From the NCBI GenBank assembly GCA_943787795.1, contig CALSNU010000004.1:544001-608000 (forward strand): a stretch of 64,000 bases of DNA. Direction: 5' to 3'. Below the pieces are notes generated by a model, which saw only the letters and a program-made list of their open reading frames with translations, ran no database searches and was not told where the DNA came from. The position numbers were made by a program, and so were the translations under genes. The DNA is from an uncultured bacterium. Its GTDB lineage: Bacteria > Planctomycetota > UBA1135 > GCA-002686595. Positions 8,179-18,321 of this stretch are shown in pieces; the first letter of the stretch is position 1, and the number at the start of each line of letters is the position of its first letter.

Positions 8179-11061
8179 ATGTCCGACGTCACACCGATAG
8201 AACCCTCAGGGGGGACGAGGCAGCCCAATCTGCCCGGCTCGGGGACTCCCCCGGCCGACCGATCCCCCTACCCGGCTTCCGGCGGCCCTGTTCCATCCGA
8301 CCCCACGGGGTTCGGCTCTGTCCAGGGTCAGCAGGCAGGTCGAGGGGCTCAAGCTAGCCCCGACCTCCCGGCCGGATCGAGCTTCGAAGACGCCGCCATC
8401 CCGAGGGAACCGGCGTCCGAAACCTCCGGCCCTGCGAACGGCTCCAGCGCGCGAAGCCGACTGCAGAGCGACCTGACGGGTCGCGGACCCGGCGCGGGCC
8501 CCCAAGGGGGGACTCCGCCCACCGAGCCCCCGACCCGTCCGCCCGCTGGGGTCCCTTCCCCCCAAGCGCCAACCGCCTTTCCAGAGACCCTCTCCCCCCA
8601 GCTCGAAAGCATGGATCGCACCCACGCCGACGAATCAAACGCCGCCACTGTCGCCCTCCCCGAGTCCACCGCTGCCGCAAGCAGCGGCAACCCGCCGGCC
8701 AACGCCTCATCCGGGGCTGAAGCCCCTGGCATGCAGGTCAGCAAGCGCGACGGCAGCCTCGAACCCGTAGACCTGAACAAGATCGTCCGGGCCGTCAGCC
8801 GCTGCGCCGAGGGGCTCGCGGACGTCGACCCCATGCGCATCGCAACCCGCACCATCAGCGGGCTATACGACGGCGCCACCACCTCGGAATTGGACCGACT
8901 CTCGATCCAGACCGCGGCCTCCCTCACCGCCGAGGAGCCGACGTACAGCCGCCTGGCTGCCCGCCTGCTCGGCACGTACATCGACAAGGAGGTCCAGAAC
9001 CAGGAGATCTACTCCTTCAGCCAGTCCATCCGGCTCGGCCACGAGCTGGGGATCATCAACGATCAAACCGCAGAGTTCGTCGCGGCCAACGCCCGCAAGC
9101 TCAACGACACGATCGAGGCCGAGCGCGGCAACCTCTTCGAGTACTTCGGACTCCGGACGGTCTATGACCGGTACCTGTTGAAGCACCCGAGCAGCCGCCA
9201 CGTGCTCGAGACGCCGCAGTACTTCTTCATGCGCGTCGCCTGCGGGCTGGCGCAGTCACCGAGCGAGGCCCGGGACTTCTACCGGCTCATCTCGTCGCTG
9301 CGGTACCTCCCCAGCTCCCCCACGCTCTTCAACTCGGGAACGCTGCACCAGCAGCTCTCGTCTTGCTACCTGCTCGACTCGCCGCAGGACGACCTCGAGT
9401 CGATCTATGACCGCTACCAGGACATCGCGCGGCTCTCGAAGTTTGCGGGTGGCATCGGCGTTGCCTACCACCGCGTTCGCTCCCGTGGCTCCCTGATCTG
9501 CGGCACCAACGGTGAGAGCAACGGGATCGTCCCGTGGCTCAAGACCCTCGACAGCTCCGTGGCCGCCGTCAACCAGGGCGGCCGCCGCAAGGGCGCGGCG
9601 TGCGTGTACCTCGAGACCTGGCACGCTGACATCGAGGAGTTCCTTGAGCTGCGCGACAACACGGGTGACGAGGCCCGCCGCACCCACAACCTGAACCTTG
9701 CGAACTGGGTGTCTGACCTCTTCATGCGCCGCGTGGAGAGCGACGAGATGTGGTCGCTCTTCGACCCCAAGCGCCACCCGCTCCTGTGCGACACGCACGG
9801 CGAGGAGTTCGAGCGCATCTACCTCGACGCCGAGAAGAAGGGCGAGTTCGAGCGCCAGGTCAAGGCGCGAGACCTCTACTCGAGGATGATGCGCACCCTG
9901 GCGCAGACCGGGAACGGTTGGATGACCTTCAAGGACACGAGCAACCGGACCTGCAACCAGGCCAAGGTGGCGGGCAACATCGTCCACCTCTCCAACCTGT
10001 GCACGGAGATCCTCGAGATCACCTCCAAGGACGAGACGGCGGTCTGCAACCTCGGCTCGGTCAACCTCGGCAAGTTCGTGGCGACGGACGACGAGGGCGC
10101 CACGAGCTTCGACTTCGATGCCCTCAGCGAGGTGGTTCAGACCGCGGTCAAGTACCTCGACCGCGTCATCGACATCAACTTCTATCCCACCGACGAGGCC
10201 TCCGCTTCGAACAGCCGCTGGCGACCGGTCGGGCTCGGATGCATGGGGCTGCAGGACGTCCTGTTCAAGATGCGCCTGAACTTCGACTCCCCCGAGGCTC
10301 TCGAGCTGACGGCTCGGATTCAGGAGCACGTTTACCTGCACGCCGTCCGTACCTCCGCCCAGCTCGCGGAGGAGGTCGGAGCCCACGAGGCCTTCGACGA
10401 CACCTGGGCCGCCGACGGCAAGCTCCAGTTCGACCTCTGGGACGTGAAGCCGACGCTCACCGAGGAGTGGGCCGAGGTGAAGGCGCAGATCGCCAAGACC
10501 GGCCTGCGCAACAGCCTCATCATTGCGATCGCCCCCACGGCAACCATCGCGAGTATCGCCGGCTGCTACGAGTGCATCGAGCCCCAGGTCTCCAACCTGT
10601 TCAAGCGTGAGACCCTCTCCGGGGACTTCATGCAGATCAACAACTACCTGGTCTCCGACCTGAAGGAGCGCGGCCTGTGGAACGAGTCCATGCGCCAGCA
10701 GATCAAGCAGGCGGAGGGATCCATCCAGGGCATCGACTCGCTCCCGACAGAGCTCCGGGAGCTCTACCGCACCGCGTGGGAGCTGCCCCAGAAGGCCCTG
10801 GTCGACCTCGGCGCCGCGCGCGGCCCGTTCATCGATCAGAGCCAGTCCCTGAACCTCTTCATGGCCTCTCCCACCATCGGGAAGCTGTCCTCCATGTACC
10901 TGTACGCCTGGAAGCAAGGGCTGAAGACCACCTACTACCTCCGCTCACGCCCGGCGACCCGCATCCGCCAGACCCAGGCCTCCAACACCGCGGCCATCTC
11001 TGACGCAGACGCCGTGGCGTGCTCGCTGGAGAACCCGGAGTCCTGCGAGGCCTGCACGTGA
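8179..11061 (+). CDS. nrdA: Ribonucleoside-diphosphate reductase class Ia alpha subunit with ATP cone (start uncertain, 8179 or 8731)
   Basis: ATP cone MQVSKRDG; SPTLFNSGT, QLSSC, SNLCTEI, VCNLGS, APTATI, KTTYYLR, C-terminal CSLENPESCEAC; RBS GAGGTGG before ATG 8179. Confidence 0.97.
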   Translation: MSDVTPIEPSGGTRQPNLPGSGTPPADRSPYPASGGPVPSDPTGFGSVQGQQAGRGAQASPDLPAGSSFEDAAIPREPASETSGPANGSSARSRLQSDLTGRGPGAGPQGGTPPTEPPTRPPAGVPSPQAPTAFPETLSPQLESMDRTHADESNAATVALPESTAAASSGNPPANASSGAEAPGMQVSKRDGSLEPVDLNKIVRAVSRCAEGLADVDPMRIATRTISGLYDGATTSELDRLSIQTAASLTAEEPTYSRLAARLLGTYIDKEVQNQEIYSFSQSIRLGHELGIINDQTAEFVAANARKLNDTIEAERGNLFEYFGLRTVYDRYLLKHPSSRHVLETPQYFFMRVACGLAQSPSEARDFYRLISSLRYLPSSPTLFNSGTLHQQLSSCYLLDSPQDDLESIYDRYQDIARLSKFAGGIGVAYHRVRSRGSLICGTNGESNGIVPWLKTLDSSVAAVNQGGRRKGAACVYLETWHADIEEFLELRDNTGDEARRTHNLNLANWVSDLFMRRVESDEMWSLFDPKRHPLLCDTHGEEFERIYLDAEKKGEFERQVKARDLYSRMMRTLAQTGNGWMTFKDTSNRTCNQAKVAGNIVHLSNLCTEILEITSKDETAVCNLGSVNLGKFVATDDEGATSFDFDALSEVVQTAVKYLDRVIDINFYPTDEASASNSRWRPVGLGCMGLQDVLFKMRLNFDSPEALELTARIQEHVYLHAVRTSAQLAEEVGAHEAFDDTWAADGKLQFDLWDVKPTLTEEWAEVKAQIAKTGLRNSLIIAIAPTATIASIAGCYECIEPQVSNLFKRETLSGDFMQINNYLVSDLKERGLWNESMRQQIKQAEGSIQGIDSLPTELRELYRTAWELPQKALVDLGAARGPFIDQSQSLNLFMASPTIGKLSSMYLYAWKQGLKTTYYLRSRPATRIRQTQASNTAAISDADAVACSLENPESCEACT

Positions 11062-11142
11062 GCTCTCGCCGCCGGCGCCTCGCGCCGGCGGCCCCCCCCC
11101 GACCAACCGAACCGCACAACCCCAACCGCCCCTGCACCGCTC

Positions 11143-12141
11143 ATGATCCTCGACCCCGGATTCGACCTCACCCTCCGGCCGATGAAGTACCCGGTCTTCT
11201 TCGAGATGTACCGAGACGCCATCAAGAACACCTGGACCGTGGAAGAGGTGGACTTCTCCACGGACACGGTGGACCTGCAGAAGCGGCTGGACCCCGCCGA
11301 GCGGCACCTCGTGAACCGCCTCGTGGCCTTCTTCGCGACCGGCGACTCCATCGTCTCCAACAACCTTGTGCTCAGCCTCTACAAGCACATCAACGCCCCC
11401 GAGGCGCGGATGTACCTGTCGCGGCAGCTCTACGAGGAGGCGCTGCACGTGCAGTTCTATCTCACGCTGCTGGACACCTACATCCCCGACATCAAGGAGC
11501 GTGAGGAGGCCTTCGCGGCCATCCAGAACATCCCGTCGATCCAGCGCAAGGCCGAGTTCTGCTTCAAGTACATGGACTCGGTGGACACGCTGGAGGCCTG
11601 CGAGACCCGTGAGGACAAGCAGAAGTTCCTGCTGAACCTCATGTGCTTCGCCTGCTGCATCGAAGGCCTGTTCTTCTTCGCCGCCTTCGCCTACGTGTAC
11701 TTCCTGAGGAGCAAGGGTCTGCTCAACGGCCTCGCCTCGGGCACCAACTGGGTGTTCCGCGACGAGAGCTGCCACATGGCGTTCGCCTTCGAGGTGGTCA
11801 ACACGGTCCGCAAGGAGGACCCGACGCTCTTCGACGAGGATCTCCAGGCCCAGGTGATCGAGATGCTGAAGGAGGCGGTGGAGTGCGAGATGCAGTTCGC
11901 CGAGGACCTCCTCTCCGGCGGCGTCGCCGGCCTCTCCCAGTCGGACATGCGCAAGTACCTTGAGTTCGTCGCGGACCAGCGTCTGCAGAACCTCGGGATG
12001 CCCGCCTACTTCGGCTCCAAGAATCCCTTCAGCTTCATGGACCTCCAGGACGTCCAGGAGCTCTCGAACTTCTTCGAGCGGCGCGTCAGCGCCTACCAGG
12101 TCTCCGTCACGGGCGACGTCGCCTTCGACGAGGCCTTCTGA
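11143..12141 (+). CDS. nrdB: Ribonucleotide reductase class Ia beta subunit
   Basis: FFATGD, EEALHVQFY (radical Tyr retained), IEGLFF, RDESCH, NFFERRVSAYQ. Confidence 0.97.
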   Translation: MILDPGFDLTLRPMKYPVFFEMYRDAIKNTWTVEEVDFSTDTVDLQKRLDPAERHLVNRLVAFFATGDSIVSNNLVLSLYKHINAPEARMYLSRQLYEEALHVQFYLTLLDTYIPDIKEREEAFAAIQNIPSIQRKAEFCFKYMDSVDTLEACETREDKQKFLLNLMCFACCIEGLFFFAAFAYVYFLRSKGLLNGLASGTNWVFRDESCHMAFAFEVVNTVRKEDPTLFDEDLQAQVIEMLKEAVECEMQFAEDLLSGGVAGLSQSDMRKYLEFVADQRLQNLGMPAYFGSKNPFSFMDLQDVQELSNFFERRVSAYQVSVTGDVAFDEAF

Positions 12142-12178
12142 TCGCCCCACGGGCATCCGCACCCCCCCATCACCGCAA

Positions 12179-12212
12179 GGCGGCCCGGGCTCCGACAGGA
12201 GCCCGGGCCGCC
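12179..12212. terminator. GC hairpin between convergent nrdB and M28 peptidase (probably bidirectional terminator)
   Basis: GGCGGCCCGGGCTCC-GACA-GGAGCCCGGGCCGCC perfect 15-bp stem. Confidence 0.65.
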
Positions 12213-12256
12213 TACTTGGTGCATTGAACGTCCGCGCGCCGCAAGGGCGCGGGCGA

Positions 12257-13699
12257 TCAGAACTTCGGCTTGTCGATCTGGAGCGCCTCGAGCATGCGCA
12301 TCACCAGGCGGCAGATCCGCCGGACCTTGTCGTAGTCAATCTTGTCCGGAGTGTCCGTCGCCTTGTGGTAGTCCTCGTGGACGTCGCAGAAGAGGAAGGC
12401 CACCGGGATGTCGAGGTGCTTCTCGAAGTTGGCGTGGTCGGATCGCTCCCAGTAGGAGTCTGCGGAGCGCACCTTCTTGAAGCCCTCCTTCTTCATGTTG
12501 GCCTCGGCGACCTTGGTCAGGGCGCTGTAGGCCTCATGCTTGCTGGTCGGCGTGATCATGAACTCGTCAGGCGCGTTCCTGCCGATCATGTCGATGTTGA
12601 TGTTGCACAGCGGCTTCAGGTCTCCGGGGAGGTAGGGGTCCTTGGTCCAGGCCTCTGACCCCAAGAGCCCCTTCTCCTCCGCCGACACCCAGATCAGCAT
12701 CACGGAGCGGCGCATGGGCCCGTACTCCTTGAGCGCCTCGGCGATCGCGAGCAGGCCGCAGGTCCCCGAGCCGTTGTCGTCGGCGCCATTGTAGATATCG
12801 CCGTTGGCGCGGTACCCCACGTGGTCATAGTGAGCCGAGATGATGATCAACTCGTCCTTCAGCTTGGGGTCCGAGCCGGGCCAGATCCCGACGACGTTCT
12901 CGAGCTCCGCGTCATCGAGCCGGCCGTAGCCGCAGCTCTCGGTGATCTCGAGAGACAGCTTGCTGCCGAGCTTGCGGCTCTTGGGCATCATCCCGAGCAC
13001 GGCCTTGGCGGTGTCCTCGCTCAGGTGAAGGACCGGGAAGCCCTCACGGGTGGAGGCGTTGCGCGAGAGGCGCGGCGCCTTGACGTTGGCCAGGGTGCGG
13101 CCGAAGGTCTCCGCCACCGTCTTCTTCATCTTGCGCTCGTCCGGGAGGACGATCACGCCCAGCGCGCCACCCTCCTCGAGGGCGCGACGGCGCTTGATGG
13201 AGAGGCCGCGAGAGTTCGTCCCGACGACCCACTTACCGCGAGCCTTGAGCTTGTCGAGTGACTTGGAGTTCAGATCGGCGGCCCAGATCGCGTCGCCGGT
13301 CACCTCTCGCATCCCGAGCGCTGACTGCGGCATGAAGTATCCATCCCCCAGCGCAAGGCTCAGCTGCGAGCCGTCCTTGCCCTCGATGGCGAGGGAGGTC
13401 TTCTCCATGTCCATCCCGCTCTGGGGATAGGTCCAGTCGTACAGGTAGGACTCGTCCTGCGCGCCCGGCTGGAAGCCCAGGCGCATCAGCCGCGCGCGGA
13501 TGTAGCGCGCGGCGATCTTGAGCTGGGGTGACGGGGAGTCGCGCCCCTTCATCGCGTCGGAGGCGATGAAGTACAGGTCCGAGCGGATCTCATCCGCCGT
13601 GATGGTCTCGAGCGCGCGGTCAAGATCCGTCTCTTCGACGTCGCTCGCGGGAAGCGCCAGGGAGGCGCCGAGGATCAATGCAGATGCGATTAGCTTCAT
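12257..13699 (-). CDS. Secreted M28 family Zn-aminopeptidase with PA-like insert
   Basis: Signal peptide MKLIASALILG; SAHYDHVG, NGADDNGSG, SAEEKGLLGS, NIDMIG, RSDH, YHKATD. Confidence 0.93.
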   Translation of the reverse strand: MKLIASALILGASLALPASDVEETDLDRALETITADEIRSDLYFIASDAMKGRDSPSPQLKIAARYIRARLMRLGFQPGAQDESYLYDWTYPQSGMDMEKTSLAIEGKDGSQLSLALGDGYFMPQSALGMREVTGDAIWAADLNSKSLDKLKARGKWVVGTNSRGLSIKRRRALEEGGALGVIVLPDERKMKKTVAETFGRTLANVKAPRLSRNASTREGFPVLHLSEDTAKAVLGMMPKSRKLGSKLSLEITESCGYGRLDDAELENVVGIWPGSDPKLKDELIIISAHYDHVGYRANGDIYNGADDNGSGTCGLLAIAEALKEYGPMRRSVMLIWVSAEEKGLLGSEAWTKDPYLPGDLKPLCNINIDMIGRNAPDEFMITPTSKHEAYSALTKVAEANMKKEGFKKVRSADSYWERSDHANFEKHLDIPVAFLFCDVHEDYHKATDTPDKIDYDKVRRICRLVMRMLEALQIDKPKF

Positions 13700-13775
13700 G
13701 GGAGGGTCCCTCCGGGACGCGGGGATCGTAGCCGCGCCGGGCCTCCGTGTGCTGTTCGCCTTGCGTACTCGACCC

Positions 13776-16271
13776 TCAGCGCATGGAGCACCAGGCCCCC
13801 TGCCCGGAGCCGATCGGGCTGCCCGGAGGGGCCTCAGGCGCCCTGGCCGCCGGCGAGAGCGCGGGGTCCGACACGGACCGGTCGAGGACCTGCTGGACCT
13901 CAACCTGGAGGTCACCGAGGCCCGTGTGCTTCGCCACGGCGGGGTCCGCTGCGAACGCGGCGAGGGCCGGTCGGAGGGCCGCTCGAACCACCCGCGGGGT
14001 CCCCGCACGGAGGTACGTCGACAAGGCCTCCTCGGCGACGACTGCCAGCACCACCTCTCGAAGCGCCTGCTCCTCATGATCGATGGCGTCCGCGGGATAT
14101 GCGGGCGCCGAGGCCGCCGGCTGCTGGGTCAACGTGAAGATCATGGAGACCATCGACCCCGCGTCCACCGGCGGCCGGTCCACGGCCGCTGACTCCGCAG
14201 CCTGTAGCTCGAGTCGCATCAGCCGCTGTGGCTCCAGCAAACCCGAGACCGTCAACCGAGCCGCCACCTCCGCGGCCCCGAGCCAGTCGAAGGCCACCCC
14301 GGCGTCTCGCGCGAACACCTCTCGAGAGCTCCCGTACCCCGGCGGGCGGGGATAGAGCAGGCGCCGGACCGACGCAGGAATCGAGAGCGTCTGGGGACTG
14401 AGGGTCTCCATCAGAGCTCTGAAGGCTCGCGTCTGGTCGGCGCCGGACACCGGGCGCATGGGCCTCGGCCGCCCGTTGTTGACCTCGTGCTCGTACAGCA
14501 CACCGCCGACCATCTTGACCGCCGCGTCCACCTGGTACCGGTGGTGGAGGTAGAGCGGCACGAAGACCTCCTCGAGCTCGGCCACGGGTCGGCCGTTGGC
14601 GAGGTTGCTGGCTCCGAAGCGGCGCAGGGCGACGCTGCGCACGTCCAGCGCTTCGCGGAGCGCCTGAACAGGATCGTCTCCGTCATCCCAGAGGTTGGCG
14701 TAGGGCTGCGCCGCACCCGCGGAGCGAGCGTCCTGGTCAGTCAAGTACCGAAGCCCGCGGTCGACCGCGCGGCGGCTCAGGCGGTCGTTGAAGTCTGCCG
14801 CGGACTCGCCCGCCGGGATGGGCGCGTAGAGCATGCGGATGGCGTGCAGATCCCAGGCTCCAACGCCGACGCCGTAGGCATCAGAGACGTCCAATCCGCC
14901 CCTCCCGTCCGGACGAATCCGCGGGGCGGGGTAGTCCATCACCGACGCCCGCTCCGAGGCGCTGGCGGCGAAGTTGTGGGCGAGCCCAAGGGTGTGGCCG
15001 ACCTCGTGCGCGGCGAGCTGGCGGATACGCGCCAGCGCCAGCTCGGTCGGGTCGTCGAGGGAGCCCGACCCGGTCCTCCCGGCCCCGAGCATGCCCTCGA
15101 AGAGGAGACGATCCTGCCGCACGCGGAGCGAGCCGAGGCTGACGTGGCCTTTGATGATCTCACCCGTCCGCGGGTCGCTGATCGCGTTGCCGTAGCTCCA
15201 ACCCCGCGTGGAGCGGTGCACCCACTGGATCACATGATGGCGTACGTCGAGGGGGTCAAGGTCATCGGGAGCCACCTCGACCCGGAAGGCACCGGGGTAT
15301 CCCGCCTGCTCGAAGGCCTCGGCCCACCACGACGCGCCCTCCACCAGCGCCGAGCGCACGGGCTCGGGAGCCGCCGCGTCGACGTAGTAGACGATGGGTT
15401 CCACCGCGCCGGTCTCGGGGTCCACGGTGAGGCGGTGCCGCACCGCGAGGCGCTGGGTGAGCGGGACGTCGAGGGGCACCCCGTAGTCAAGATAGCGGAG
15501 AGAGAAGGCCCCCATCCGCGGGTCGAAGCGACGTGGCTCGTAGCCGCCATCCGGGAGCCTCAAGAAGCCCTGCCGCTGGATGAAGGTGAGCGCGGCGCCG
15601 TCGGGAGCGCTGCTTCGCGCCAGCGGGCCGGGCTTGTCCGAGGTGAAGGTGAGCAGCGCGCCGAATTCGATGTTGTCTGGGAACGCCCGGCAGCGGCCCC
15701 CATCCAGGGCAGAGCGCGCCTCGTCGAGCTTGTAGCTGCCCTGCCCCCGGCTGGACAAGGTGTTCTGAATGCCGTGGGCGTCCCGCACGAGGAAGGACGT
15801 GAGGTCGACCAGGACCCGGCCGTCCCGGGCGCGCTCGACGGGAGCCGCGCCCCAGAGCACCGAGCTGGCAAACGACTGCCGGGCCGCCGCCTGCTCGAGG
15901 GGTCCGCCCGAGGACGCCCGATAGTCGGTGTTCAACTGCTCCAGGAAGACCTTGCCCCCGAGACTGCGGAAGCGCACCAGGCGGGCTCCCCCCATCTGTC
16001 CTCGATCCAGGCCCACCTCGTTGGCCCCGAGCCCGGTCTCGATGCCCTCCACGTGGAGCAGCCGGACGTGCTCGCCGTCGGCCGCGGGGGCGGGGAGCCA
16101 GATCAAGGCTGCTCCCCCCTCGTCCTCCAGGCGCAGGTCCAGGAGGGGCGCGTCGCCTCCCTTGGCGGCGGCAGCGGGCCTCGCAGCGGTGGCGGTTCCC
16201 GAGGGCTGCCGGTCACCCGAGGCGCATGCGACGATCAGCCCCAGGCCGAGCACTTGAATGGCGTTCCTCAT
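13776..16271 (-). CDS. Zn-dependent metalloprotease lipoprotein (metzincin, DUF5117/DUF4953 EcxA-like)
   Basis: Lipobox LIVAC; DPRTGEIIKG; HEVGHTLGLAHNF with Met-turn SVMDYP. Confidence 0.9.
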   Translation of the reverse strand: MRNAIQVLGLGLIVACASGDRQPSGTATAARPAAAAKGGDAPLLDLRLEDEGGAALIWLPAPAADGEHVRLLHVEGIETGLGANEVGLDRGQMGGARLVRFRSLGGKVFLEQLNTDYRASSGGPLEQAAARQSFASSVLWGAAPVERARDGRVLVDLTSFLVRDAHGIQNTLSSRGQGSYKLDEARSALDGGRCRAFPDNIEFGALLTFTSDKPGPLARSSAPDGAALTFIQRQGFLRLPDGGYEPRRFDPRMGAFSLRYLDYGVPLDVPLTQRLAVRHRLTVDPETGAVEPIVYYVDAAAPEPVRSALVEGASWWAEAFEQAGYPGAFRVEVAPDDLDPLDVRHHVIQWVHRSTRGWSYGNAISDPRTGEIIKGHVSLGSLRVRQDRLLFEGMLGAGRTGSGSLDDPTELALARIRQLAAHEVGHTLGLAHNFAASASERASVMDYPAPRIRPDGRGGLDVSDAYGVGVGAWDLHAIRMLYAPIPAGESAADFNDRLSRRAVDRGLRYLTDQDARSAGAAQPYANLWDDGDDPVQALREALDVRSVALRRFGASNLANGRPVAELEEVFVPLYLHHRYQVDAAVKMVGGVLYEHEVNNGRPRPMRPVSGADQTRAFRALMETLSPQTLSIPASVRRLLYPRPPGYGSSREVFARDAGVAFDWLGAAEVAARLTVSGLLEPQRLMRLELQAAESAAVDRPPVDAGSMVSMIFTLTQQPAASAPAYPADAIDHEEQALREVVLAVVAEEALSTYLRAGTPRVVRAALRPALAAFAADPAVAKHTGLGDLQVEVQQVLDRSVSDPALSPAARAPEAPPGSPIGSGQGAWCSMR

Positions 16272-16358
16272 GGATCGAGGGTACGAATCCAGGGCTAGAT
16301 GACACCTTTCTGTGCGAGGAATGAGGGCGAGGTTCGCGTCTCGTCATACCCTCCTCGC

Positions 16359-18116
16359 ATGACCGGTCCCTCCCACACCGACGGCAGCCTCCAGGGGCTC
16401 TTTTCACCCAGCCAGGGAGGAGCCTCTGACGAGGAGACCCCCTCCGGCCTCGAGCCGCTGCTCGAAGAGAACCTCTGCACCCTCGTCGGGGATTCTGCCG
16501 GGGAGCAGCTCATCGAGCGCATCCTCTTCGCCGACAGCGGCAAGCACGTGATCATCGGTGGACCGAACCCGCCGCTCTACCGCTTCCGGGGCCGGCTGCG
16601 CGAGTTCCGCGTCCGGAAGAAGGAGCTCGAGGCGTCGGTCGCGGACGTCCAGGACGGTGAGACCGTCTTCCTGTTCGGCATCAGCCTCGGTGAACAGGCG
16701 GCGCACATCCTGCGCACACGACCCAACTGCAAGGTCATCGCCTGGGACCGAGACCCCTGGCTCATGCGGCTCGCCCTCACCGGCCAGGATTACAAGTACT
16801 CCCTGGGCACTGGGCGCCTGACGCTGGCCCTCGGCGCAGACCTCATCGACCACCTCCCCTCGATGCCCGGCTACCGGCTGGTGCTCCACCCGGTCCTGCG
16901 GGAGTTCTATGAGGACGAGCTGCTGCTCACCGAAGAGGCCACCCGCGGGGAACATCCCGGCGAGGAGCGACGGTGGGTCGGCCTCGGCATGGGCGGCGTC
17001 GTCTACAACGAGCTGAGCGCAGCCGTTCGGGCCGAGGGGTACTCGGTGTTCCCCCTCGAGGTCCGCCGCTGGGACCCCCGTGAGACCCGAATCGCGCTGA
17101 AGACGCTGCGCCCCGAGCGCGTGGTCACCATCAACTACGACTCGGAGGTCGCGGCGGTCTGCCACGAGCTCGACGTCCCGCTCGTCGCGTGGGAGGTGGA
17201 TCCCAAGACCGACCGCCCGCCCGTCCCGCCCGCCGGTGGCGAGGACTTCCGCGTCTTCTCGCTCCACCCCAAGGATGTGAGCCAACTCCAGCAGGCCGGC
17301 TTCTCCTCGGTGGACTACCTCCCCATCGGGGTCGACACGAACCGCCGCTTCCCCATCGAGCTCAGCGAGGAGGAGCGCAGCCGCTTCGCGGCCCGCGTCT
17401 GCTTCGTCGGCTCAAGCCTCATCGACCGGGCGCGACGCTTCAAGCGGCTGTTCCTTCAGCTGCACGCCTCCTTCAACTGCTCCGCCGACGAGAACTTCGA
17501 TGAGACCTCCGAGCGGCTCGAGGGGGTCCTCGCCGGCGAGCGGGCCAACTACGGGGTCTATGACGCCGATAACCTCCTCGAGGAGCAGTTCGGCGAGTTC
17601 CTCGAGGCGGCGCGGCGCAACGGGACGCCCGATGACCCGAAGAAGTGGGTCGCCGAGATCGTCGCGTCTCAGAAGCGAGTCGCCTACGTCTCAGCCCTGA
17701 GCGACTTCGGCATCCACGTCTGGGGGGATGAGCGCTGGAGCGAGGTCTCCGCCGCCGCCCCGGGCGTGCACTACCGCGGCCTCGCCGAACAAGGTCACGA
17801 GCTGACCTGCGTCTACAGCGGCGCCGAGGTGCACGTGGACGTCAACCGGATCTACCAGCCCGAGGCCATCCCCATGCGGGTGATCAACGTCATGGCCTGC
17901 GGCGGCTTCCTCATCGCAGAGCACTCTGACTCCATCGAGGAGCTGTTCGAGGTCGGTAAGGAGATCGAGACCTATCGCACGATCGACGAGCTGGAGACCA
18001 AGGTCGCCCACTTCCTCGAACACCCCGGGGAAGCGCGGGAGATCGCGCAGCGCGGGCTCGACGCCGTGCGTCAACGTCACACCATGCGCATTCGAGCCGC
18101 GAGATTGCTCGCCTGA
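16359..18116 (+). CDS. CgeB/YkvP-like glycosyltransferase (DUF3880 + Glyco_trans_1_2) with Maf-like N-terminal region
   Basis: YLPIGVD, VCFVGS, IHVWG, IPMRVINVMACGGFLI, ELFEVGKEI, REIAQRG...HT; N-terminal FLFGISLGE...VIAWD. Confidence 0.75.
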   Translation: MTGPSHTDGSLQGLFSPSQGGASDEETPSGLEPLLEENLCTLVGDSAGEQLIERILFADSGKHVIIGGPNPPLYRFRGRLREFRVRKKELEASVADVQDGETVFLFGISLGEQAAHILRTRPNCKVIAWDRDPWLMRLALTGQDYKYSLGTGRLTLALGADLIDHLPSMPGYRLVLHPVLREFYEDELLLTEEATRGEHPGEERRWVGLGMGGVVYNELSAAVRAEGYSVFPLEVRRWDPRETRIALKTLRPERVVTINYDSEVAAVCHELDVPLVAWEVDPKTDRPPVPPAGGEDFRVFSLHPKDVSQLQQAGFSSVDYLPIGVDTNRRFPIELSEEERSRFAARVCFVGSSLIDRARRFKRLFLQLHASFNCSADENFDETSERLEGVLAGERANYGVYDADNLLEEQFGEFLEAARRNGTPDDPKKWVAEIVASQKRVAYVSALSDFGIHVWGDERWSEVSAAAPGVHYRGLAEQGHELTCVYSGAEVHVDVNRIYQPEAIPMRVINVMACGGFLIAEHSDSIEELFEVGKEIETYRTIDELETKVAHFLEHPGEAREIAQRGLDAVRQRHTMRIRAARLLA

Positions 18117-18155
18117 CGACGACCGACCTCCGCCAAGATTCTTCGGATCAACCGG

Positions 18156-18183
18156 TTGAATCCTCGCGCCGGCGCTCTACTCT
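18156..18183 (+). promoter_or_regulatory. Putative sigma70 promoter of his operon
   Basis: TTGAAT-16 bp-TACTCT about 10 nt upstream of the leader ATG. Confidence 0.5.
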
Positions 18184-18193
18184 CCTCGCTCGC

Positions 18194-18259
18194 ATGAACG
18201 CCTCGATCAGCAACGCGTCCGTCCATCATCACCACGACCCCTCCCGGGTCGGGTGCTGA
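18194..18259 (+). CDS. hisL: his operon leader peptide MNASISNASVHHHHDPSRVGC
   Basis: 21-codon ORF with CAT CAT CAC CAC run, upstream of a terminator and hisG. Confidence 0.85.
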   Translation: MNASISNASVHHHHDPSRVGC

Positions 18260-18290
18260 GCACGCGTGTGACATAGACGTTCCACCGCTC

Positions 18291-18321
18291 AACGCCGGCC
18301 CACGGGCCGGCGTTCTTCGTT
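18291..18321 (+). terminator. Attenuator terminator of his leader
   Basis: AACGCCGGCCC-AC-GGGCCGGCGTT then CTTCGTT; 5' arm can alternatively pair with GTCGGGTGCTGAG (18248-18260). Confidence 0.8.

Noticed and set aside
11143..12141. NrdB as class Ic (Mn/Fe) subunit
   Set aside because: Radical Tyr (EALHVQFY) and first-ligand Asp are retained, consistent with class Ia
9256..12162. Long antisense ORFs over nrdAB (also over DUF1592, the his genes and the 14487-16298 and 60598-62643 ORFs)
   Set aside because: Shadow ORFs expected from high GC3 codon bias; no motifs, and fully overlapped by well-supported genes
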